Shown here: positions 28,475 through 37,696 of the stretch, piece after piece | How positions within the stretch are numbered: the stretch's first letter is position 1 | Layout: each line of letters starts with the position of its first letter | Source of the DNA: Trueperaceae bacterium | GTDB lineage: Bacteria; Deinococcota; Deinococci; Deinococcales; Trueperaceae | Length of the DNA stretch: 64,000 nucleotides | NCBI GenBank assembly: GCA_040905465.1 | Contig: JBBDRK010000049.1 | Coordinates: 64,001-128,000, forward strand | Direction: 5' to 3' | Position numbers and translations under genes: made by a program | The notes under the pieces: model-generated | What the model saw: the letters and a program-made list of their open reading frames with translations, nothing else | What the model was told of the DNA's origin: nothing | The model's database searches: none

Positions 28475-29456
28475 CGATCTGGACCAAATCCGCGATCGTC
28501 GCAACCCTGTCGCCACCACTCACCGCCGGCGAGGTCTTGATGAGTGAGATCACACCGTCATGCGGGGCTCGGAGCGTTTCCACCAAGCTTCCAGAGAGGT
28601 TGAAGATCTCACCTATTACATCCCCCATCGTGACCACGTCCTTTGGCCGAACGGAATAGCGGATCAAGCCACCGCGGTCGATGAAGAGGTTCTGGCCGTT
28701 GATTGCCCGAATCAGCCGTTTGGGTGGTGCTGGCGAACCGGGTATCATTTGCAGGTGTCGCAGCACGTTGGTAAGTGCCGCATAGTGCACATCGACGTAC
28801 TCGTCCCTAAGGCGGCCCTCAGCTCCCGACTCGAGCGTAATCGCTGGGACGCCTTGTTTTACCAACGCGCCGGCCAAGGTACCCCCCGCGATCACGTCCC
28901 CCGGGGTGCCCAACAGCATGTCGACACCCGTTGCTTCCGCCAGTTCCTTCGCGACCCTCCCGGCCTCCGCCAGCTCATAGTAAGAAGCATAGGGAAGAAT
29001 CAGCTTGTCCAAGCCGCCTCCATGGAGATCCACAACATAGTCCGCGTGCTCCACCATGGTCGAGAGGATCAGATGGGCAATCCGCTGCGACGGCAAGCCG
29101 TTCGGGTTCCCGGGGAAGCTTCGGTTCAGGTCTTGTAGGTCAAGGGGGCTGGTTCGTGTCTTGGCTTCGAAGGCGGGCAGGTTTATGACCGGAGTTACTA
29201 CAATCGACCCCGAAAGCTCAGCTGGCGGCAGTTCGGCAAACAGTTGAGCTGCGGCAACCGGTCCCTCGTATTCGTCGCCATGTATGCCGGCATTGACCCA
29301 CAAGACGGGGCCAGGCGAGTTACCACGGACGATGAGGACCGGTACCTCGTACGCTCCCCCAGCTACACGATCAAGGATCGCCCAGCTCCCCTGCGACTTT
29401 CCCGCCTCCTGTGAGCTCGCCGTTCCGACCTCAATTCGCTTTTCAACAATCGCCAC
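28425..29456 (-). CDS. Succinylglutamate desuccinylase/aspartoacylase (M14) family deacylase
   Basis: AGIHGDE, DLNRSFPG, VDLHGG, ITLESG, and a C-terminal biotinyl-like barrel. Confidence 0.9.
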   Translation of the reverse strand: MAIVEKRIEVGTASSQEAGKSQGSWAILDRVAGGAYEVPVLIVRGNSPGPVLWVNAGIHGDEYEGPVAAAQLFAELPPAELSGSIVVTPVINLPAFEAKTRTSPLDLQDLNRSFPGNPNGLPSQRIAHLILSTMVEHADYVVDLHGGGLDKLILPYASYYELAEAGRVAKELAEATGVDMLLGTPGDVIAGGTLAGALVKQGVPAITLESGAEGRLRDEYVDVHYAALTNVLRHLQMIPGSPAPPKRLIRAINGQNLFIDRGGLIRYSVRPKDVVTMGDVIGEIFNLSGSLVETLRAPHDGVISLIKTSPAVSGGDRVATIADLVQIDGDNDSTSERSGRNRD

Positions 29457-29487
29457 TAAACTCACCCTTTCTTTCAAACCGCGCTGC

Positions 29488-30333
29488 CTAGGAGTGCACC
29501 AACCTAGGATCCAAATAGTCGCGAAGTGCGTCGCCCAGGAAGTTGAAGGTGAGGACGGTCAGCATGATTGCCAGACCAGGTGCAATCACGAGCCACGCCG
29601 ATAGCTCCATATAGGTCCTTCCCTCATTCAGCATCGACCCCCAGGACGGCATAGGCGGCTGAATGCCTAGTCCAAGGAAACTGAGTGCGGCTTCCGCGAG
29701 AATCGCAAAGGCGATGCTGATCGTCGCTTGCACCAACAGGGGGGACAGAATGTTTGGGAGTATGTGCAAGCGGTTGATGCGTGCACTTCCTGCACCAACC
29801 GCTCTCGCTGACTCGATGAACTCGCTGCTCTTCACCGATAGCGCTGAGCCCCTTGCGATCCTCGCGAACTGCGGAGTGTAGACGATTCCCATTGCGATCA
29901 TTAGGTTCGTCAACGACGGACCGAGCGCAGTGATCACAACGAGCGCCAACAGGATCGTGGGGAACGCTAAGATCATGTCGATGAGCCGCATGATCAAGTT
30001 GTCGATAACGCCGCCGTAGTAGGCGGCGGTGACGCCGAGGATAGTGCCCAGGACACCGGCGATTACCACCGTGATCACCCCGACCTGCAGGGAAGCCCGA
30101 GCCCCGTAGATGATCCGGCTCAGAATGTCGCGGCCGAACTCGTCAGTGCCCAACAGGTGATGTCCCGTGGGAGGGGAGAGCCGGTTAGAGAGATTCAGTT
30201 CGTTGGGCTGATAGGGGGAGATGACCGGGGCGAGCGTCGCTACCAGTATCAGGACGAGCGTCAGAACCAAGCCGAGTACGATGGCAGGATGTCTTCGACT
30301 AAAGCGAGTAAACATGCGGGCTCGGCTAGTCAT
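29488..30333 (-). CDS. Peptide ABC transporter permease (DppC-like)
   Basis: LGTDEFGRD, EAALSFLGLG, GDALRD. Confidence 0.93.
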   Translation of the reverse strand: MTSRARMFTRFSRRHPAIVLGLVLTLVLILVATLAPVISPYQPNELNLSNRLSPPTGHHLLGTDEFGRDILSRIIYGARASLQVGVITVVIAGVLGTILGVTAAYYGGVIDNLIMRLIDMILAFPTILLALVVITALGPSLTNLMIAMGIVYTPQFARIARGSALSVKSSEFIESARAVGAGSARINRLHILPNILSPLLVQATISIAFAILAEAALSFLGLGIQPPMPSWGSMLNEGRTYMELSAWLVIAPGLAIMLTVLTFNFLGDALRDYLDPRLVHS

Positions 30334-31270
30334 ACTTGATCCTTGGATCGATGACGCTGTAGAGCAGGTCTACCAACAGATTGATGAGGACGTAGGACGC
30401 GGCCAGCACCAGAACCCCGCCCTGCACCACGGGATAGTCGCGCTGGTAGATCGCCCTCACGACCAACCGACCGACTCCGGGCAACGAGAACACCTCTTCG
30501 ACGACGACCGTCCCTCCGAGTATGTGTCCCAGCTGGAGACCAACGATAGTGATAACGGGAATCAGCGCGTTGCGAAGGGCGTGCACGCCGATGACGTAGC
30601 GCTCGGCCAATCCCTTCGCCCTTGCGGTTCTGGTGTAGTCCTGCGCTAGCGTTTCGAGAAGCGCCGAGCGAGTCATTCTCATTACTACCGCAGCCATTGC
30701 TGCGCCTAGCGTCAGTGAGGGCATCAGCATGCGCTGCATGTTGAGCATCAAGCTTTCGCCCGGGGGAACGTAACCACCGGTCGGCAGGAGCCGCAGCTGC
30801 AGCGAGAAGAGCAGGATCAGCAGGATCCCCAGCCAAAAGTTGGGAATGGAGATACCCAGTAGCGCGACGGTCCTGCTGGCGTAGTCGAAGGTGCTGCCCC
30901 GCTTTATTGCCGAGATGATTCCGGTTGGGACACCGATTACAACCGACAGCACGGAGGCCATTGCCGCTAGCTGAATGGTGATTCCATAACGACGAACGAG
31001 TTGGGCCGTTACGTCGGAACCGGTCCTGAACGACTCTCCGAGATCTCCACGCAATGCTGCTGCCGCCCAGGAGATGAACTGGACGTGCAGCGGCCGATCG
31101 AGCCCCAGGTCGTTGCGTAACTGAGCCAGCAACTCGGGTGTCACTTCCTGGTCCAGGAGGATCAGCGCCACGTCGCCGGGTATGGCATGAAGCGCCAGAA
31201 AGACGATAACCATGATGCCCACGATTGACAGTGCAGCCAACCCAAGGCGGCGCAGTATGAATGTCAGCAT
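30326..31270 (-). CDS. Peptide ABC transporter permease (DppB-like)
   Basis: GDLGES, TARAKGL, HALRNAL, RDYPVVQG, DPRI. Confidence 0.93.
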   Translation of the reverse strand: MLTFILRRLGLAALSIVGIMVIVFLALHAIPGDVALILLDQEVTPELLAQLRNDLGLDRPLHVQFISWAAAALRGDLGESFRTGSDVTAQLVRRYGITIQLAAMASVLSVVIGVPTGIISAIKRGSTFDYASRTVALLGISIPNFWLGILLILLFSLQLRLLPTGGYVPPGESLMLNMQRMLMPSLTLGAAMAAVVMRMTRSALLETLAQDYTRTARAKGLAERYVIGVHALRNALIPVITIVGLQLGHILGGTVVVEEVFSLPGVGRLVVRAIYQRDYPVVQGGVLVLAASYVLINLLVDLLYSVIDPRIKYD

Positions 31271-31472
31271 CCGATTACCCAGCGACTCCTGTTCATGTGA
31301 TGCTTACCCGAAATCCTCGAGTTCCGACTTCTTGTCCGGACTCATTGTCTGGACAACGACTAGCCGCGCTCTGCGTGGATGTCTGGCACTTCGTGGGCGG
31401 CGCAACCGCCGAACGCCCATTAAAGGCATTAGCGGCGCGCCTCACGAAGTAGCCTCAATAGCCTCCTCTCTC

Positions 31473-33011
31473 CTACTTATCGAGCCAGGCGTCCACGAAG
31501 ACGTGTTCCCCATCCGCCAGGAAGGAGTAGCCGTTGACATGGTTCCACATGAGTTGAAATTCGCCACCGCTGTATAGCGGAAGGGTCGCCGATACGTCAC
31601 AGAGGTGTCGTTGAAGATCCCAGTAGATCTGTGCCCTCTCCTCCTGGTTCAATTCTCGAGCACCTTGATCGATGAGCTCATCGACTTGCTGATCGTCGAG
31701 CCTGTTGTAGTTCGCCCCGGCTCCAGCCTGGTACGAGCGGGCGAAGTAGTCGTGTGGATCGACATTGGCAGAGAAGCCGGACATCACCATCTCGAAGTCG
31801 CCCTGCTCCATCCTCTCGACCATTACTCCCCACTCGATTGTCTCGAGTCGAGCGTCAATGCCGATTGCCTGCAGCTGACTCTGGATTGCAAGGCTTGAGG
31901 AAACCATCCAGGGGAACGTAGACGACGTCGTAAGGGTGACCCGGAAACCATCCGGGTAACCCGCCTCTTCCAGCAATCGGCGAGCGCGATCGGGGTCCGG
32001 GCTCACACAGGGCTCCGGCAGGGCTGCCCAGTGAAACGACGGTATCGGGCCGCCGTACAGCGGTTCCCCCATGCCCTCGACCGCCGCCTCCGTTATCTCT
32101 TCCCGGTTCAGGGCCCAGTTGATCGCCTGGCGCACCTGCTGGTTGTCGAGCGGCTCTTTCTCCATGTGCAGCATCAGCCACCGCCAGTTGCCGGTGGCTC
32201 CACCTTCGACCTTGATGTCCAGATTCATCTCCATTACACGAACGATTGCGGCTTGAGCGGTATCGACAAAGTCGACCTCGCCAACTCGCAGCGCTGCTGA
32301 GCGAGCGGACTCGTCTGGCATCACCAGGAAGACCAATGAGTCCAGATAGGGCCGGTCGGGTACGAAGTAATTTTCGTTTCTGACCAAGACCTGTCTTTGG
32401 TCCGGCAACCTCTCGCTCACCTCGAATGGGCCGGTCCCGATGATCGCTTCGCTCAGATCGTTCGATTCGGCCACATTGCGCGAGACAATGTTCACGAATG
32501 GATTCGCAAGTCCAGCGAGGAACGGCGCAGCGGCCTCGCTCAACACGAATACGATCTCGTTGTCTTCTGTTGCCCGAACTTCTCTCACCGAATCGAAGAA
32601 TCGTGCATAGGGGGATCCGGTCTCGGGATCGCGGATCCGTTCGAAGCTGTAGACAATGTCATCGAGCGTGAGGTCGCTGCCGTCGTGGAACTTTACTCCG
32701 TCGCGGATCTTGAAGGTCCAGGTGATCCCGTCCTTACTCTCCGACCAGGACTCTGCCAAGTCGGGAACGACCTCCATCGACTCGTTGAACTTCACCAAAC
32801 CGCTATAGACGTGCCGGCCCAGCATTGTCCTACAGGCCTTTTCGTTCGACTTGTGCGGATCCACCACCAGGCACTCGGTGTTGGTGCCAATGGTAAGGGT
32901 GCCACCGGGTTGGGGTGCTTGTGCCAACACCGATCCCAGTAGCAATACGATAAAGCTGATTACCGTTAAGAGGAGGAGGTTCTTGTCTCGTCTTGATACC
33001 GCTTCCATCAC
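31473..33011 (-). CDS. Peptide/nickel-family ABC substrate-binding protein (family 5)
   Basis: Signal peptide VLA-Q, PDLAESW, FHDGS, GTGPF, VRQAINWALNR. Confidence 0.92.
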   Translation of the reverse strand: MMEAVSRRDKNLLLLTVISFIVLLLGSVLAQAPQPGGTLTIGTNTECLVVDPHKSNEKACRTMLGRHVYSGLVKFNESMEVVPDLAESWSESKDGITWTFKIRDGVKFHDGSDLTLDDIVYSFERIRDPETGSPYARFFDSVREVRATEDNEIVFVLSEAAAPFLAGLANPFVNIVSRNVAESNDLSEAIIGTGPFEVSERLPDQRQVLVRNENYFVPDRPYLDSLVFLVMPDESARSAALRVGEVDFVDTAQAAIVRVMEMNLDIKVEGGATGNWRWLMLHMEKEPLDNQQVRQAINWALNREEITEAAVEGMGEPLYGGPIPSFHWAALPEPCVSPDPDRARRLLEEAGYPDGFRVTLTTSSTFPWMVSSSLAIQSQLQAIGIDARLETIEWGVMVERMEQGDFEMVMSGFSANVDPHDYFARSYQAGAGANYNRLDDQQVDELIDQGARELNQEERAQIYWDLQRHLCDVSATLPLYSGGEFQLMWNHVNGYSFLADGEHVFVDAWLDK

Positions 33012-33089
33012 ATGTTCTCCCGTTCGAATGCCCCCATGCTTGATTTCCGAGTAGCCAGCCCAAGTGGGCGCCTGACGATCCGCACCTCC

Positions 33090-33800
33090 TCAGGTCACAA
33101 ACTTAGAAGCGTAGTAGAGTTCGAGCTCGTCGAAGTGCTCTAGCATGGCCTTCCTGGCCCACTGTTCGTCTCTTGCAAGGAGAGCCGAGACTATCGCCTG
33201 GTGTTTTGCCAGGGATTCTTCGAGGAACTCGGCCAAGTGAGCAGGATTGACTCTTGCCGAGAGATCGACTTTGATGAAGCTGAGGAGAGACTCGATTGTG
33301 CTGACCAGGAGTCCGTTCCCGGTAATACGGGCAATGTTGATGTGCAGTGCGGCGTTGGTCTCGATGTAGCCCTTGTAGTCTTCCTGGGACGCTGTCTTTT
33401 TCATTTCAAACAGGCTTGCTCTTAATTGCTCTAGTTCCTTCTCACCCTGTCCTAGCTTGAGTTGCTTAACGGCCAGCGCCACGACGCCGTCCTCGATCGC
33501 GCTGCGAGCCTCCCAGGCCTCGGCCGACGCACTGCCGTCATTTGTTGCGTAGAGCGTTGAAGAGGCAATCTGAATGCCCGAGAGCTCCTTCGCAACGAAG
33601 GTTCCTGCGCCGGGTACGCTGTCGAGGATTCCGCCGAGCCTTAACGCGCTTACCGCCTCCCGAATCGCAGTACGACTCACTCCCATCTGCGCTCCCAGTT
33701 CCGCCTCGGTCGGGAGCTTGTCCCCGATTCCGTAGTGACCCTCGGCAATCGCCTTGATGATTTGCTCTGCAGCAAATGTGCTCTTCTTCTTCGAAGGCAT
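33090..33800 (-). CDS. FadR/GntR family transcriptional regulator
   Basis: GDKLPTEAELGAQMGVSRTAIREA...GAGTFV; FCD-type C-terminus. Confidence 0.92.
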   Translation of the reverse strand: MPSKKKSTFAAEQIIKAIAEGHYGIGDKLPTEAELGAQMGVSRTAIREAVSALRLGGILDSVPGAGTFVAKELSGIQIASSTLYATNDGSASAEAWEARSAIEDGVVALAVKQLKLGQGEKELEQLRASLFEMKKTASQEDYKGYIETNAALHINIARITGNGLLVSTIESLLSFIKVDLSARVNPAHLAEFLEESLAKHQAIVSALLARDEQWARKAMLEHFDELELYYASKFVT

Positions 33801-33820
33801 TGCGGTGAATACCATGGTGT

Positions 33821-33873
33821 TTGCACTATGTCATACATATGATAGGTTTGGCAACGGCGGTTGCCGTTGCCAA
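33821..33873 (+). promoter_or_regulatory. Divergent promoter region with palindromic operator TCATA-CA-TATGA and an 11-bp hairpin
   Basis: Inverted repeat at 33831-33842 between TTGCAC and TAGGTT; perfect stem TTGGCAACGGC-GGTT-GCCGTTGCCAA at 33848-33873. Confidence 0.55.
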
Positions 33874-33946
33874 TCAGCCGGCACGACTGTCTGGGGAGAG
33901 CGATGATGCCAACGCGCCGACACACTCCCCCTCTGGAGGTAAAGAG

Positions 33947-34954
33947 ATGCGCCTTAGGCACGTGGTTACGACTTACGACTACCATCACGGCCAGAGCACC
34001 CGAATTCTGGCAGCCGGCATCCCACCCGTCCTCGGGAAGTCGATGCAGCAGAAGCAGGACAACTTTGCTCGCGCTCACGACAACATTCGAGCCAGCCTCA
34101 TGCTCGAACCCAGGGGCCACAAGAACATGCTCGGGGCCGTAATCACTCCGGCCGTAAGACCCGATGCCCACCTTGGAGTGCTGTTTCTACACGGCAACGG
34201 TTACTTCGACATGTGCGGCGACAGCGCCTTTAGCACGGCCGCGGCTGCCGTCGAACTGGGGCTCGTGCCTAAAGAAGAGGGAGTAGTCGAGGTACTGATG
34301 GACACGGTCGCCGGTCCTCTCAGCGCCCGAGTGTGCATCGAGGGAGGAGTAGTGTGTTCGATCGGTATCGAGAACGTGCGCTCGTACTTCTGCGAAACCC
34401 AATCACTTGCGGTACCTTCACTTGGTGAGATAACGGTCGATCTTGCATACGGCGGCCTGATCTACGCCTTCGTAGAAGTGCATGACTTGAAGGCGCCCGC
34501 GCTGTCGCAGATAAACAGGGACGAACTGACCAAGCTCGGCAGCCTGATCCTTACCGAGGCGAAGGAGAGGATCCGTCTGACGGATCCGGTAACCGGCAAG
34601 GAGCGCGGCGTCGACCTGGTGACGCTCGTCGAACCTCTGGAAGGTCGCCTTGGCCAAAGAGTTGCCAACTTCTACGCCCCTCTGACGATGGGTCGCACTC
34701 CATCCGGAACCGGCCTCTCTGCTCGAATGGCGACTATGCATGCAAAAGGCAAGCTCAAGGTGGGTGAGCATTTCATACACGAAAGCGTTCTCGGTCTCGA
34801 ATTCACGGGCACAATAAGCGACGTCCAGCCAGCGGAGAACAGTAAAGGAACCAGGACAGTCAGGCCGATGATCGAAACGCGTTCTTACCTCATGGGTATT
34901 CAGCAGTTCATCATCGATGATGATGACCCGTTCAAGTACGGCTTCTCGCTCTAG
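33947..34954 (+). CDS. Proline racemase family protein with atypical active site
   Basis: LMLEPRGHKNM, MCGDS, DLAYGG, GRTPSGTG, DDDDPFKYGF. RBS GGAGG precedes ATG 33947. Confidence 0.9.
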   Translation: MRLRHVVTTYDYHHGQSTRILAAGIPPVLGKSMQQKQDNFARAHDNIRASLMLEPRGHKNMLGAVITPAVRPDAHLGVLFLHGNGYFDMCGDSAFSTAAAAVELGLVPKEEGVVEVLMDTVAGPLSARVCIEGGVVCSIGIENVRSYFCETQSLAVPSLGEITVDLAYGGLIYAFVEVHDLKAPALSQINRDELTKLGSLILTEAKERIRLTDPVTGKERGVDLVTLVEPLEGRLGQRVANFYAPLTMGRTPSGTGLSARMATMHAKGKLKVGEHFIHESVLGLEFTGTISDVQPAENSKGTRTVRPMIETRSYLMGIQQFIIDDDDPFKYGFSL

Positions 34955-35044
34955 GATTCACGATCCAAAGGCCGGATCAGTAACCAGCTACTGTGCCTGC
35001 TGATCGGTCGAAAACCCCCGCCCTGTAGCGTGAGGAGTCGAGCA

Positions 35045-35986
35045 ATGCCCGACACGGACAAAACGAGAGAACCGACTGACAGCAACAGAGAACTCGAACG
35101 AGTACTGAGCGAACTGATGAGCCGCTACAGCGAGCGCGTACCCGACGTCGCCCGCGTCCTGACGGCACTCACCGAAGCCGGCCACATTACCTCGCCCCAG
35201 GAGGTCGAGAACGACCACATCGCCTTTAGAACCATGGGCGTTCCCCATCTGGGCATCCAATCCCTGGAAAAGATCTGGCTCCACTACGGCTACCAACGGC
35301 GCGACCACTACGACTTCCCCGCCAAAAAACTCGACGCCCACTGGTACAGCCCACCCGAGCCACGCTACCCACGAATCTTCATCAGCGAACTACGCGTAGA
35401 CGAGCTCTCGCAAGAGGCCCAGGCGATCATCCACAGCTACACCGACCAGGTCGAACGCGACCCCGTAAACGGCCTGGACCTGGGCGACGGCAGGCAGGTC
35501 GGGAAGTTCCTCCACCACCCGCTCTGGCCCATGCCCACCTGGGACGACTACCAACTCCTCGCCGCCGAATCAGAGTACGCCGCCTGGGTCATCTACAACC
35601 GCTACTACCTCAACCACTTCACCATCTCCGTGCACAACCTATCCGAAGAGGTCGACACCATCCCCAAGTTCAACGGCTTCATCGAACGACACGGCATCCG
35701 ACTCAACGACTCCGGCGGCAAGGTCAAGACCAGCCCAGACGACCTGCTACGGCAAAGCTCCACCGTCGCCCAGCTGGTAACTAGCCAATTCGCCGATGCC
35801 GACCCGCACCAGATAAGCGGCTCCTACGTAGAGTTCGCCGAGCGCCGCCCCCTCCCAGAGCACGCCCACCTGCCCAAGACGAAACTCACTCGCGAGCAAC
35901 GCCGCGAAGGTTTCGAAGCCGGCAACGCCGACAAGATCTTCGAATCAACCTACAGCGAGCAGACCAAGGGCAACTCGGCGGCGTGA
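35045..35986 (+). CDS. DUF1338 family protein (2-oxoadipate dioxygenase/decarboxylase-like, HglS superfamily)
   Basis: NDHIAFRT, PRIFISEL, ESEYAAW, NHFT, LRQSST, YVEFAER, GFE..NADKIFEST. Confidence 0.85.
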   Translation: MPDTDKTREPTDSNRELERVLSELMSRYSERVPDVARVLTALTEAGHITSPQEVENDHIAFRTMGVPHLGIQSLEKIWLHYGYQRRDHYDFPAKKLDAHWYSPPEPRYPRIFISELRVDELSQEAQAIIHSYTDQVERDPVNGLDLGDGRQVGKFLHHPLWPMPTWDDYQLLAAESEYAAWVIYNRYYLNHFTISVHNLSEEVDTIPKFNGFIERHGIRLNDSGGKVKTSPDDLLRQSSTVAQLVTSQFADADPHQISGSYVEFAERRPLPEHAHLPKTKLTREQRREGFEAGNADKIFESTYSEQTKGNSAA

Positions 35987-36009
35987 GTTGAACCGGCCAC
36001 GGCGAATGC

Positions 36010-36651
36010 TCAGGTGGCTCCCGCCGACACCGTCTCCTCTGCCCCCTCGACCTCGAGTGCGGCGGTGAAGAAGGGCAGGAAGAACTGGGTAATGGGCCCG
36101 ATGCCCACCGCGAACAGCAGGGTGCCCAAGCCCACGACCCCACCCAGGAGCCAGCCGGCAACCACCACGACCACCTCGAGGCCGGTTCGGACCAGCCGGA
36201 TGCTTCCCCCGGTAACCCTGGAAAACCCGGTCATCAGCCCGTCACGTGGTCCGGGTCTCAGCTGCGCGCCGATGTACATCGCGGTCGACACTCCGTTGAG
36301 AACGATCCCGGCCAGCATGAAGGTGATCTGCCAAGCCAGCGTCGACGCCTGCGGCAGGTAGAGCAAGGTCGCGTCGGTGGCGATTCCGATCCAGATTGCG
36401 TTGGCGATAGTCCCCAAGCCCGGCGCCTGCCACAGGGGGATCCAGCCGAGCAGGACCATCAAGCTGGCCAGGATGATGATCGTGCCTAAACTGAGCGGCA
36501 GGTGAATCGCGACACCGTAGTGCAGCACGTCCCAGGGGAGCATGCCCAGGCCACTGCGGATCATCAACGACGTCGCGAAGCCGAAAATGGTGAGGCCAAC
36601 AACGAGCTGAAGCAGCCGCAGCGGCAGTCGCCCGGCGCGAAGTTGCGCCAT
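36010..36651 (-). CDS. YczE/YitT-family membrane protein
   Basis: LGMLPWDVLHYG, PGLGT, GPRDGLM, GGVVGLGT. Confidence 0.85.
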   Translation of the reverse strand: MAQLRAGRLPLRLLQLVVGLTIFGFATSLMIRSGLGMLPWDVLHYGVAIHLPLSLGTIIILASLMVLLGWIPLWQAPGLGTIANAIWIGIATDATLLYLPQASTLAWQITFMLAGIVLNGVSTAMYIGAQLRPGPRDGLMTGFSRVTGGSIRLVRTGLEVVVVVAGWLLGGVVGLGTLLFAVGIGPITQFFLPFFTAALEVEGAEETVSAGAT

Positions 36652-36808
36652 CGGCGAGAGGTTGAGCAGGGCGGCACGAGCCTTCCGCAGATGATCGCAC
36701 TTGGCGAGCCCGAATACCTGTCACCACGTAACCCTGCGCCCCTAAGAGGAGAGTCGGAGGTGAGACTGGCGCGCAGCGATGGTGAGAGCTCGCGATCGCC
36801 AACAACGG

Positions 36809-37696
36809 CTAAAGCATGTCATCCAACGCCCAGTGGTTGCCCCACCGAGCGTCGATCTCGTCCCTGACGCTCTGGTAGCGGATATCGGTCGACAGCCGGA
36901 TACGCCCGCCGGGATCGACGTTATCGGTGGCAGCGTGGATCATGTAGGCGCTATGCACCACGATGTCACCTGCCTCGTAATCGGCCATTAGCCAGCGGGC
37001 GTCGAAGCGCTCGGCCATTGCCGGCAGGTCCCTGCCGATCCAGCCGCCCTCGGCCATGTTCTTGTTGTAGGCACTTATCCGCTCATCAGGTGGCAGATCG
37101 GCGTTACGCTCGGCGAACTCCCGCTCCATCTTGCGGCCCAGTGCATCGGAGCCCTCCAGATAGATGACGCCGCCCATCGCCACGGGCACATCGCCGATCG
37201 GTATCCAGGCGGTACAGACGCTGTCGCTCCCGCCCCGCAGGTAGATCAGGTCGTAGTGGGCCGGCGTGGTGAACCCCTTGCCCGGCGCCGTGTAACGGAT
37301 GATCTTGCGCTTGTGAAGGTACGACGGCCCCTGCAGGAAGTCGTCGAAGAAGCGCCATAAGCGCGGCTGAAGGCAAAACGACTCGAAGGCCGCGGTGCGG
37401 GCGAACTCCATCAAAACCTTCTCCGTTTCGCTCTGGGTCTCGCCGCCGCCATGGATGCCCAGTCCGGGATCGCTGCCTTCCGCAAGTAGTCCGGTGCCGA
37501 CCAAGGCGCTGAAGAAGCGCTCGCGGAACGCCAACACCTCGCCGCGGTTCAGGAATCTCTTCAGCCACAAGTAGCCATGCTGGCGGTAACGCGTCCGCAG
37601 CTCGGCCATGGGTGTGCCACTCTCGGTGGGCTCCAAACGGCCCAAGCGCTCCGGCGCAGCGGAGAGCCGGTGGCCGTTACTGATCAATTCATTCAA
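36809..37696 (-). CDS. Phytanoyl-CoA dioxygenase (PhyH) family Fe(II)/2-oxoglutarate dioxygenase
   Basis: HxD motif PAHYD, TAWIPIGD, YLEGS, distal His in HAAT, RLSTDIRY. Its TTG start overlaps the GH42 stop codon. Confidence 0.9.
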   Translation of the reverse strand: MNELISNGHRLSAAPERLGRLEPTESGTPMAELRTRYRQHGYLWLKRFLNRGEVLAFRERFFSALVGTGLLAEGSDPGLGIHGGGETQSETEKVLMEFARTAAFESFCLQPRLWRFFDDFLQGPSYLHKRKIIRYTAPGKGFTTPAHYDLIYLRGGSDSVCTAWIPIGDVPVAMGGVIYLEGSDALGRKMEREFAERNADLPPDERISAYNKNMAEGGWIGRDLPAMAERFDARWLMADYEAGDIVVHSAYMIHAATDNVDPGGRIRLSTDIRYQSVRDEIDARWGNHWALDDML

